This document shows, in pieces, positions 13,241 to 24,810 of a stretch of DNA of 64,000 nucleotides (position 1 is its first letter; every line of letters begins with the position of its first letter). Origin of the DNA: Pavona decussata. Taxonomy: Eukaryota. The stretch is from positions 806,001 through 870,000 of the forward strand of contig CDRNST010000004.1 of the NCBI GenBank assembly GCA_977016875.1, written 5' to 3'. Made by a program: the position numbers and the translations under genes. Below the pieces are notes generated by a model, which worked only from the letters and a program-made list of their open reading frames with translations, was not told where the DNA came from and made no database searches.

Positions 13241-14189
13241 GAGATAGCAAATAAACTAAGTGCAACGCGGCTAATGATTTCAAAACAGTAATTCTCCCCA
13301 GCAAGGTCAGTCTACGGTACTTCCAGTAGCTAAGGATTTTCCTTATCTTTTGCACCTTTTCATTATAGTTTAGCAGAGCAGGTATTTCTAGCTCGACTGA
13401 TAGCCACAGTCCCAATGTTTTAACTTTGGATTCCGGCCACTTTAATTCCTTGCCTGGCAGAAAACGCTTGTCGTTTACAATATTGGAACCGATCCAAAGG
13501 GCTTCCGTTTTCTTCTAAATTCATCTAACATGGTAAGGGAAGAGAGAAGAGCTTGTTTTGACCCGTCCAAAATTAGTGTAGTATCGTCGGCATATTGGCC
13601 AATTTTAATTTCATTGTTGTTAACACATATGCCTTTTATATTCACATTGTCTCTGATTGCCTTGGCCAACAGTTCTGTTGAAGGATAAATAAATAAGAAG
13701 ACAGAGGACAACCTTGTCTAACACCTCTTTGGATCTTAAAGAAATTACTGGACCAGCCGTTATTCAGAACGCAGCTTTCTGTTTTACAGTATAGTGCCTT
13801 TATCCACTTAATGATTGATGGACCAAGACAAAAGAAGCGCATGCTTTCATAGATGAAAAACCACTCTAGTGAGTCAAAGGCTTTTTCGAAATCAATAAAA
13901 AGTAATAAGCCAGGAATATTATTTTCTGCGGCACATCAAATGATACTGTCTATGAGCCGGATGTTTTCTCCAATAAATCTACCTTTCATAAACCCTGTCT
14001 GATCGTTGTTAATAAGACTTGGAAGAACTGATTTCATACGATTTGCAATAGCTTTAGCAGCAATCTTATAGTCAGTATTTAGGAGAGTTATTGGACGCCA
14101 ATTTTTTTTGGAATCAGTTTAATGATACCACGTCTTTGTGTTATAGAGAGGCAGCCAGATCCTAAAGCGCAATTAAGTGCGGAGATCAA

Positions 14190-16700
14190 GAGGGAGGAGA
14201 TTTCAAGGTACGACATAATCTTGTTTGAATGTGGTTGGTATGGCGTGCGGCCTTCCTTTTCTCTTTTATCAGATAATGGCATGAACGCTTTAAGCTCTTC
14301 TTCATTGCAAAAGATAAAGTTATTTGTGCTACCAATCCCTCTGAAGCACTGGATGCATTCTTTGTTGAATATTGCAGTACCTATGGAATTTACCATTTCT
14401 CCAGCCATGTGCTCCATGTTTTCTGTGTGCTCTTTGCTCGCTGGTGATGCTCCCTCGAAAATCGTCATCTAAGAGAACGGTCCATGATCTGATAACATCT
14501 TGTTTTCAAAATTTCTCTTACTCAAGTATTCGGCAAATGATCTTTGACTTACTTTGTCAAGATCAAGAAACTTAACGAGTCGAACAAGCAACATCTGAAC
14601 CAAAAAAGGACTTGGGGCTTCTGAAGGACCATTGTCGACAATAAAACCAAAAATTTCTTTCCACTTTCCGGTCTCTGGATTCCTAAAAAATATGTCTAAA
14701 CTTGGGATGCAACTTAACTTAAACTTAGCTTAGTACTTACATAGGAAGTGCGCTTTAAGTTAGTAGTGTCACGCTATTCCTAAAATTTTATTTTTGTAGA
14801 TAATGATAGTATCGTAAGCAATGTTAGTGTTGTAAATAAGGTGTGGTACTTAAAAAAATGTAAAAAAATAATAATATAAACTTGGGATGCAAATAAAATA
14901 TTTTGTTGAATACTCTAAAAACAGTTTCTGGTTCAGTCATCGATAAATTTATTAATGTAACAGCCTTATCAGTTCTTGTTACATTGAGTACAACGTCTGT
15001 TTCAGGTATGATGAGATCAGTATCTTCTCACAAAGGACCCGTTTTAGTTTCCATAAAGAGATGAGTCATTGGAGTAACTGCAGTCTTGTGGGACTGGTCA
15101 GTGTTTCAAACGTGCCCCAGCTCTGTCCTGGTTTCAAGATTTTACCACCTACAATGCACTTAGCATCTTTTGAATCAAGAAGAAAACCAGTTGGATTTTC
15201 AGATGCTGAGTCCACAAGATAGTTGATGTGCGAGGAGGACCAATGAGCATTGATGGGATATATGTGTTCAGATGTGTTAGGTGCTGCGTGAAGAGAAACG
15301 TTGCTGTTTATGTCCCTGCTGTGGTGATAGCATTTGGCTTGTGTTGTCCCTTTTCGATAATTTTTTGTGTAGGTATACAAACAGGAGGTTGATATTTGGA
15401 AATTTGGCTTTACTATCGCCAATAACTCCCTGTTGTGACCTAGTTTTTTGTGGCTACCAAACAAGTCCTCAGTGAAGTTGGTTCTAGTTGTACAGTCAAA
15501 GCACTTAAGCTGTTTTTGACACGATAGTAGTTTTGAGATGAGAGACAACAAGTTCAGTTCTGAGCTTTAAATGATTGTCAGCTCACGTTCTGATGATATT
15601 TATCATTAGTTTATTATGGTGTAAAATATGTCGAAGATGTGAACAATCACTCCAAAGTTATTACTAATCTAAAACCCACAATGACATCATGAAAGTAACT
15701 GCATTGGTATCGACAGAGCTCAATAGTGTGCAACCAAGTTAGTAACTCCGGTCGGCGGAAGTTGTGGAACAATGCAAAGCTGATAAACTATGAATTACAG
15801 GAATGAATACCATTTGCATTGCTACAGTTATTGGACTATCATCTCTTTATATAATTACTGAATTGTTAAGTAGAAAATCTATATATCGTGATGCAGGTTT
15901 TCTTTTGTTCTCAAACATACAATAAAGGCACAATTACAAATGATAAAGATTATTTCGGATTTAACTTACATCAATATGGTAAGTTCGATGTGCTCAAGAT
16001 AGAATCTAAGACGCATATGTCCAAAGTTTGACTGAGAGAAAACATGTGGCCACCGAATAAGCTGAAATTCTCTGGTACGCTGCCGATCTCCCTCTTCGCA
16101 TTTTACTTGAAGCAGAGTTGTGGGCTTCTCTGAATTAACATTGTCATCTCACCAAGAGTGCCAGCGCGCTGTCAGGCAAGGGCCACTTTCTCCTTGGCTG
16201 TAAGGTCTGACACAGGAGCAGGTACCTTTTTGTTGTGGTGAAAATAAACCTTCGATTTCAAAGATACTGGACTGAATCAAACAGCTCTAAGAATGGACTC
16301 GTCATAAACATTGTAGAAAGGCGCAATAGATGACTCTTCAGCGGAGACGAATGGTGCGATTCCCTCAGTGAAAAGCACTTGTTTGAAGTAAGTTGTGGGG
16401 ACGATAATTAAGTCTATCTTAAACCACTTGCTTTTAACATCTGGATTTCAGAAGAACTGGTCAACTCTGCCATGCTGATTAGGAATTCTTTGTAGGCCGC
16501 TTGTTATGATGGTACAATTTCATTTGGCACTAGCAAAATCACTGGCTCAGTTCCGCATTGCTTGAAAAATTCAATGTCTGCCTCTTGGTTAACGTGGGCT
16601 GTCTTTTCTCTATGCTTCTTTAAAGACCTTTGTGTCCCACACTTGCGCATACAAGTTTTGCATTTGGTCTTACGTGAAGGCATTTCCACGTGGGCGAATC
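14190..16700 (-). mobile_element. Zator-like transposase pseudogene with N-terminal C2H2 finger
   Basis: CKTC...HREKTAH (16504-16689). STSCLYTY..QAKCYHH..NAHWS..DSKDAKCIV (15066-15551). IFGFIVDNGPSEAP and FAEYLSKRNF (14500-14680) resemble the Zator SxDDKA and DGGPDENP motifs. Confidence 0.65.
14713..14876 (+). mobile_element. Short 3'-end LINE stub with 16-bp TSD
   Basis: TAAACTTGGGATGCAA duplicated at 14697-14712 and 14877-14892. The insert is AT-rich with an A-rich 3' end and sits inside the Zator coding region. Confidence 0.65.
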
Positions 16701-16915
16701 AGTGCAAAAGCAGACCTTTAAAAATGGAATCCATGACTAAAACAACTATTTCCGTTTCTTTTAAAGTATGAAAGTTGATTATTAATTTTGCGGTTAATAT
16801 GTCTCAAGGCGCTGTGAGTTGCGAAAATGTGCTGGAACTACCATTTAATTCAGATCTTCACACTAAACGCAATTTGAGAAACTTAAAATTACCATTCGTG
16901 AGACTTGCGGCTTAA

Positions 16916-18590
16916 CCCTTTTGTTAGGGAACAATTTTTTCCTGCAAACCTGGTTTATAAATCTGGTTGTAAGTCCTCAGCATTAAATGTTACCCCCCCC
17001 CCCCCCCCTTATAAACTATACGTCATTTTACTCAGGATAAAATATCCTTATATTCAGAATACATTTAATTGGCCATTGATCCTACCATAAATATTTTGAG
17101 CTGATTAAAATTTAATGAAAAAATCTGTGTGATGTGTTGTTTGCTAGTCTCACTCTTATTACACATCATATCTTCACAAAGGGACTTAGAAACTTTTTTT
17201 TTATTATCTTAAATATCATGATGACAACCAAAGGTGTGGCCAAAATTTCGGGTTTCAAGAAATTTGAACTTCCTCACTACATAAAAAAAAAAATCATAAC
17301 AAAACTTTGTAAAAGCACAATGTTCCACTGGGAATGACTGTTTGAAATCCTGAGCTTGTGTAAAGCAGGGAATATCACTCATTTACAACAAATGGTAGAG
17401 TCCACCATCTATGGTGGGAAACACTACCATCCAGAAACAGTTCCAATGATGACAGGCTGAAGCGCAGAAAATATTATTCAGTCATGTCAATAGACTATTC
17501 AGTTAACTCAAAACAGCAATCAATTGGCCCAAAACTATCTCCAATATTCCACAAGTGTATGCCATTTCTCCCAACAATTGCGATGGGAAAGCAGGCAAAA
17601 TGGTTTACGGTCACATGTGACATAAACAGTGTTTGTTCCGGACTTCAGGTTCCTGCTAAGATTCTGAACGGAGACAACCTTAGCACAAACTACACAGTTT
17701 TGCCTCCTTGCATCTACATTGGCAAGAGGCCGGCTTGACAAACACCCAGGCCTCCCACAAAAACACTTTCCCTCCAACAAGTGACGAAGGATGGGGAATC
17801 TGTATGAAAGGAAATCTTCAGGCATCTGGTTCACTTTCTTGAATGTCGTAAATGAATTCAGCAAACAGACTTCAAGACCATAGTAGAAGAGCTTCTTTCT
17901 GGCTTTCGTAGACTTGCAGATAACAGAGAAGCTTTGAAGGATTTGATCAGCAAGGTCTACTCTGCCCATGTTTTCTTGATAGCCACACTGTGCCGGAGGA
18001 CATGGTACTAGTTCACGAGGGCCAGCTTGAGAGCGATGCGGAACTGTAGTTGGAGTTCCTATGCTTTCTTGAGGATGGATGGTGGAGATCATATACACTG
18101 GACGTTTATCATACCAAGCCATGGCAACAAGACGTCCATGGCTTCTCCAGATGTAATCTCCACGATTCATCCTCCTTACCATCGCAGGGGTGATGGCAAT
18201 GTTCTTGGGGAACACTTTTCGATTTGCCCTTATGGTTCCACAGGCAAGTACTTTTTTGGTTTCAAGCTCGAAAAAAAGATGAGGGTCACAGGAAAAATTG
18301 TCCATATATAAGTTATGATACTTGTCCTGAATCGGAGCAAGGTGTTTTACCACCCTTCGAGGTTATTTGTACTCTACAGCTCCCTCTTCTCTTACTAGGT
18401 AGACTTGGAAGTTGAAGACATAGCCAGTCTTGGCCTCGCGCAAGACCCACAGTTTTATCCCCCATCTCACTGGTTTGTTCTTTATATATTGTTTGAATGA
18501 GAGACAACATTAAAATAGAACCATAGTCTTGTCGATAGAGACATCCTGGTCAAGGTGATACAGGCATTGCAATCGCTACTGTGAAACATT
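16916..18590 (-). mobile_element. Second piggyBac remnant, PGBD4-like transposase C-terminal half
   Basis: TTAA-CCCT terminus at 16912-16919. ORF 17535-18353 with LYMDNF, LACGTIRANRK, WYDKRPVYMIST, MGRVDLADQ and a C-terminal CVVC..C..C..C..H. Upstream SIDKTMVLF motif near 18520. Confidence 0.88.
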
Positions 18591-18593
18591 TAG

Positions 18594-20405
18594 GGTATCA
18601 GGGACCCTTTAGGACCGTCCGCGCGCGGATCGCTGTAGCGTTAGTTGTTTTTATAAAAACGGAAATAAACCATATATTTTTTAAAAGCTTAATAATTCCA
18701 GATTATGGATTTGAACTAACAAAAACTATTTACTTAAATGTGTTTCGAAATTGGAACGCTTTTTGTAAAAGTACAGGTCTCTATAAATCATGTTCCACTC
18801 CCACTGGAAATAAACGGAAGAAAACACTTAACACCGCATTCGCTTCTCAACACGTTCCACTAAAAAAAGGTGTCTCAGAGTTTTGACAAGTGCGTTTGTT
18901 TCTCTTTTATTAGCAAATGAAGTTGGGGAATGCAATTAGTCAACACTCCCTGTGGAAAAAAAGCTCTAGCTTTATAATCAAAAGGACTATTAAAATTCGC
19001 AGACACGGTTTTGTAGAAAAGAGATATGGCATCACTCGCCAAAATTGAGCCCAACTGATTGAAAGGCTGCTGACTTGGACTTCTAAACGTACGAGTTGAT
19101 CGGCAAAATTTGGCTCAGAGATAAAATAGAAAATACGTTTTTGCCGGCATCCTACCTGGAATGAGATCATAACACCTAAATGTTTATTCTGATTGATATC
19201 AGAGAGGGATCAATTTTCTCTAACAATAGGACTTTGACAGGTAACATGTAACAGGAACAAACTTTTGTGGCAAGCAGCGGGAAATAATGATTTTGCTTCC
19301 AGTCAGTTCAATTACATCGGGTGTGGACAAAAGACAAAATTTGTTGAAGTAAGTGAACGTACATGCCTAGTAATAGTTTGATTTACAAACAACCATACGG
19401 TTTTCATGTAACAATAAAAATATATTGTGCTTATTTCTCGAAATGTTGGCTAGGTTGGTAAAGATGCCGAAAACCAGTGCAAAATCAACACAAACGAAAG
19501 CGAAGCCGCTGAATGTCCACCACCGATTGCTCGAAGGCCAAGAACTGAGGCCCGGTTTATTTCAAACGCTCTGCTCTTCTTGGAAGAATTAAAAACAGAA
19601 TTTGTCTTGTGCGACGGACAGCTTTCAGTCTCGTACTGGATTCTCCAGGTAGAACCAAGTCCATGCTTAGTCACTACATTTTCCATGAGTTGGACTCTTC
19701 CTTGGCAAAATTGACAAGATACAGACTCGTCCAGTTTCTTAAGCAATTTTTCGCTCGATACGATAGCTTGACTGCTTATTGGTTTCCACGTTCCATCAGA
19801 AGATGGGATTGATTAGCTTAACCGGCTTTCTTCTTCTGGCTCTTCAAGCTGGATTTTGGAGCGGCTTGGACTCTCAGAAACTGCAGCATTTTCGCTTTTC
19901 TGAATATCCAACTCCTCGAGCCACTTCTCTTGCCGATAAAATGAGCCTTTGTCGCTCTCTGCCAATTTTGTGGCTCATTTTTTGTCAAACTCACCCTTGG
20001 ATTTCTTCTTCCACTCTTGGTTTGGATGAAGAAAATGGACACGACCTTTTCTTTCTTTGGCGGCATATTTACCGAAGCAAACACTAAATATACACAGAGA
20101 ATACTTAAGGCTATAAACAACACGAAGACAATTTGCACGTGTTGTGTCGAAGCACGCACTTAGTATCACGTTACTAGTTCACAGGCAAGTTAATTGATAT
20201 ATGACACAGGCATGACAGATCTTGTCAACAATAAAGATAATTAACGAGAAAAAATCTTTTACCCCCAATATTTTTCGACAGAAATAATATTTTCTTCTGA
20301 TTTTTTCTTTAACAGAAAGCTCCTAAGCACATCTATTTGAAAAGGTTAAAACCTCAAATATGGCAGCGATCCTCTTGCGGATGGTCCTGAAGGGTGGCTG
20401 ATACC
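18594..20405 (-). mobile_element. Kolobok-like element with 'Mutator-like' transposase N-terminal fragment
   Basis: Flanks TTAG and TTAA. TIR ggtatcag..ccctt.aggacc.tccgc..g.ggatcgctg at both ends. ORF 19450-19746 CQFC..GLGS..C..FEINRASVLGLRAIGGGHSAA. Internally deleted. Confidence 0.75.
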
Positions 20406-20899
20406 TTAAGCTTGGATAATTCTTAACTGATTGTCTTATTCAGTTAATAACTTCCATAGGAAACTAGCCGGTTCCGGATTATCAAAGGATAAGCACAAGG
20501 CACAGAGTGCTAAGTCTCACGCTCGGATTTTTGAAGTGCTGGTGTCGGGCTCACATTAAAAAAAGTAGTTAAGGTCTCGGTCTTGGATTTTAAACAACAG
20601 TTTCGGCAAGTCTCGCTCTGATCACCCCCTTTTCCACCGGAAAATTAGGCAAATTGGCCCACCCCCCCTGGAAAATCCCATCCCCTCCATGGGGAGTATG
20701 GATATTTTCTGGAACTACTCATTTGGATCCATTTGATTGATAAAAAGATATAAAATGTCAAGTTCTATTTCAGTCCACTCAGTGGCTTGAAAAAACGTTG
20801 AAGCGTTTGAGACATCTACTGGGCTTTTACGCATCATTATTGAATGATGTTCACGATCTCGGCTGCAGCTCAAAATACTGACTGAGGGCAAAATCCACT

Positions 20900-21030
20900 G
20901 TCATGGGTGTTTGCAGAGTTGGGCGTATGGTCGCGAAACAAGTGCAAGGAAGTAAAATGGAAGAACTACTCTCCAACTGAAAATACATGGGAACCAGCCA
21001 AACACCTTCCCGAAGATCTATCAGTACCTT
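20900..21030 (+). pseudogene. Chromodomain-encoding fragment, probably TE-borne
   Basis: VKWKNYSPTENTWEPAKHLPEDL matches the chromodomain VKWxxY..NTWEP motif. Flanking frames are broken. Confidence 0.65.
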
Positions 21031-22299
21031 TGAAAGCAGATTTCTTGATCTACTTTGCATGGGTGAATGCTGAGAAAGGCTTGCTCTTCTGTTCTAGAGG
21101 GGTTTGAAGCTCCTCTGGCTTATAGCTAGTCCTGTGGTCGCTGTCTCCTGATATGCCGTTGGACCTCTAAGGAACTCAGTACCTTGCCATACAAGAGGGC
21201 CTTATACAGGCTGGCCTTGAGTCTTCCCTAAAGAAATATTCGACAGTGACAGGCACTGGCGGTATCGTTGACACTCCCATGGTCTTCAAGTTGTTTCTCA
21301 GCAAGTCACCTGCTTTCTGGGATGAGCAAAGTCACAAAGCAACTTCCCGCCCAGTTGAGCAAGTCCAAGTCAAGTTTATCAAGAGACATTTCACTAAGAA
21401 CGTGCAGGGATTGAATTTCTACTTAGTAAAACAGCTTCTTTAGAAGCCACCAAGTATAATAAAACTTAATGACCAACATGACATTTGAGACAGTATTTTT
21501 GGATACAAATTAATTTATACGTCGTATTTATTTACTTACACTGTATCTCTCAACTCTCACTCTCGCATTGGTCAATTCTATCAATTTTCTACTCTTTGTT
21601 TTCTCTTCTCCTCTCCTTCTACTGAACCCCTGCCACTTTATGATGTTGGACCTACAGAAAAATCGTAGTAGATAAAATTACTAGCAGTACGATTTTTCTC
21701 GGAGTATAATTATGTGGGCAGAAGCACCAGAAATTGGACAGGGGCATAGAATTTGTAGCTTAAAGCCTCCAGTCGATCAGTGTTTGGCTGACTGCATTTG
21801 GACAAATACCTACTGAAAAATTAAAAATTCACTGGTATTATTGGTATCCTGCAACAAGTTGGTTATGGCAGGCTGATCTCCCAGAAAGATCACTACCAGG
21901 ATCACTATGCAGTCCCTGCTGGATAAAGTTGACAGATAACATTAGAAACAGTGAGTGCTGGCGACAACCGTAAGGCAGATAAAGTTTATTAAATTTTAAA
22001 GCATACAAAATATCCAAATGTACTAACGATCTAGTCAGAGAATTCATCTCCAGTCTTGCCTGAAAATTGCTGGTTCAGGTTAAAACGATTTAGTCTGAAT
22101 ACATGCATTTTTTTTCTTATATAAAGCTATACAAGTAAGTGTGATAGTTTACAAGTCTATTCTGTATTGGACAAAGAACGCTTGTAACAAAACAAAAAAA
22201 GAGTAAAACAGGGAACCCAGAAATTTGTCATTTCATGTATGCCTATGAAGTTCTACTGTACTATGTTCAAACGAGTGATTTCTACTTACAACATCTTAT

Positions 22300-23010
22300 T
22301 GTGCCATGTGGCCTTCTAAGGAATTCTCCAGTTCCTCCAGGAAATCGGCAACTTGGCCATCGGGGAATATAAGGTGGGAAATGAAATGTTGGTTAATTTT
22401 TTGATGTTACATCAAAGCAATTATTGCTTTCGCTTTTATTGATCATGGTAGCCCATTGTTAAATCAGAATTGGCGTGGTTTCTTTGGACATGTGCATGTA
22501 TTTGTCAATTAAAGGCGAAACAAGTTTGAAATGAAGTTCTTACTTTCTAGTTAATTTTTCAATCTTTGATTTTCTTGAATCAGCAATTCTTTGTTCTTTT
22601 TCAGCTCGTTTATCACCTCTGCTGGACCATCAGTAATTTCATTTGGATGCAGAGCAATAGAACACCAGTTCAGCGATCTTAATGCTCGATGTCGATGACT
22701 GGTAATGTTAGTATCACATACTTTTTTTGTGATGTACTCTACCCTGTTGTAAACGTCGCTGCCAACGCGAGTGCGAGAAGAGGATAAGAATCTATAACCA
22801 GCAACCCTAGATGAGTTGTCTTGCAGTGTATCCAATAATTTACTTGGAATGTGGAGCTTCCTCCATTCCCAAAGAGCCTCTCCGTTCATGAATAGGTACC
22901 CTAAAGGTGAGGCCTATCCCAAATCGATATGAATGTGATAAAGGTTAACTTGGACGAAAATTGACCAAGGAGGCTTGGGTATCTTCTGAAAACTCTGTTT
23001 TATTCTGCAA
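22300..23010 (-). pseudogene. Uncharacterised degraded coding fragment, probably transposon-associated
   Basis: ORF 22551-22889 has protein-like composition ending in a coiled-coil. No recognised domain. Confidence 0.3.
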
Positions 23011-23242
23011 ATAATACAAATGACTGAGGTCACAGGGGCTGCCTGATTCACGGTAAAATTCCAAAAATAACATCACAAGCCTATGGAAATCACAGCAAAT
23101 CACTAATAAAAACTTGACAACGCTTCTTACTTAGTATCGTTAATTAGTGAATGATCCAAGGTGGACGTTAAAGGTGGAAGAAAAAAGGGCTTCCAAAAGC
23201 ACGAGTTGATTAAAGACAGGCGACGATCACAGAGATTGATCC

Positions 23243-23640
23243 TGTTATATCGTCAGTAATTAAAATTCTTAGGGTACGTTGAATGTCCTCGAGAGGAAGG
23301 CCGCTGAGCGGAAAGCGGGTGTTGAGCGCGGGCCTCAACATGCTCCCCCCTTTGAACAAGCTAAACTTAAACTAGCGTTCAACAAACATCTTCTATAGTT
23401 CAAAAGAGAGTTCAATGTTCAAATGTTCAGATTCACTTCAGGCTGTTCATTGTTACTTTGACTCCTCCAAGAGACGCAGCTTAGAGATTGGGCGCAGAAG
23501 TGTTGAGCTTTCTGTCTTGATCTTGGCGGTTCGAACCAAGCCATCAGTTCCAGGAATAACTCTTGTCACTCTGCCTAGCAGCCACTGACCGCGTGGGGCG
23601 TTCTCATTGACAACAAGAACGAGGTTGTTGACTGAGATGG
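23243..23640 (-). mobile_element. BEL/Pao LTR retrotransposon 3' fragment (DUF5641 region, PPT, 3' LTR start)
   Basis: Minus frame LVLVVNENAPRGQWLLGRVTRVIPGTDGLVRTAKIKT..LRPISKL. Polypurine tract aaaggggggagca is followed by TGTT at 23340. The LTR end is tentative. Confidence 0.8.
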
Positions 23641-23849
23641 TCTATAAGTCCTTGTGTCCTCTGATGCACAAGAATTATCAGTTTAATCGTATTTCAATTT
23701 AAGCTTCTACTCAGAAGAATCGCCAGAAATGATTTTCTATTTTTAATAGGCTTGCATAAAAACGAACATTGCAGCTTTTGCCAAACTGAGACAGAAAGTC
23801 TGATTTACCTTTTCTGGTTTTGCCGCAGTTTTAGTAGGCACTGTCCTTA

Positions 23850-24810
23850 AAAGCTGTCCAGTGAGTTGAGAATTTCCAAATGTTCCTGCTCACTGACAAC
23901 AGCTATGTCACCAGGTAAAGAAAAAATAACTGTGTACAAGAACCGCACTGTGGCTGCATGCATGATTGCTTTCCTAGTTTGGTCTACCTTGTACTGACGG
24001 CTTTCGGCAACAGACGGCAACAGAAAGTTGCCACAAATGACTTCAGCTCCTTATGGAAAGAACGCATCCCAAACATCCTTGGCTAGGGTTTGTACGATCT
24101 CTGCCCTCTGACCTGTAACTTGTAGAAGGTAGTAATCTTCGCCCAGATCTCCTGAGGCTATTGCCACTACGGAGCTCTTGGTGCCAAGATCCTTCATGGC
24201 GGATTGCTGCTCTCCTGTCTCACCCCTTGTTACTTTTCTTGCTGAAAATCCCTCTGATTCAAGTGGGACGTCTTCCCAGGGCTGTTTGCAGCCCTGATTC
24301 AAACAGTCCTCATACTTGTCCTCAATGCAGTTGTCGCAGTAGCCAGATAGTAGCCGACTCTTGATTTTCAAACCATTTAGGTCGTCAATGGCCATGATGC
24401 TGTGTATCTGTAGACTTTCTTTACTCTGTTTAAACCTTTTACTGTGACCTATTTCTGCAATGCTGTTCTACATAGAAAAAGATCCTCCTTTTTAATCCCA
24501 CGCTTTGTGACCTGTAGCGGGTAGAGCTGTGCTCGGTCAAGTTTCCTTTTGCGTAATTGAATGGATCGTGCCCATTCTGGATAACGACTTCTCGCTTGAT
24601 TACGGCCATATCTGCTTTGTACTTCAGGTTTGCAAAGTCTCCATCCTGTGGGCCTTTTGCATGTGACCTTTCAAACAAGTTACGGAGTCAAAGAAACCAA
24701 AATCAGCGACTGAATAACTCACGTCTCCCATGCAGTGACAGCTGTTATACTGAGAAGCACATACGTCTGTCCATTCATGCATAACTGTTTATAGGATAGT
24801 TTATATCTTC
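23850..24810 (-). mobile_element. DDE DNA-transposase pseudogene of the 'WxDGC...SHxKGxxDG' type
   Basis: EWTD motif near 24770, RNLFERSHAKGPQDG, and a C-terminal YCDNC..C region (24051-24395). Cut by the MULE terminus. Confidence 0.6.

Larger units (their letters stand above)
8085..14190 (-). mobile_element. 5'-truncated L1/Tx1 non-LTR retrotransposon (RT, C-terminal Zn region, 3' UTR)
   Basis: Motifs [62 protein letters not shown] and HLFWTC. Many stops. Interrupted by the Sola (8525-11052) and hAT-like (12293-13240) elements. Confidence 0.92.
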
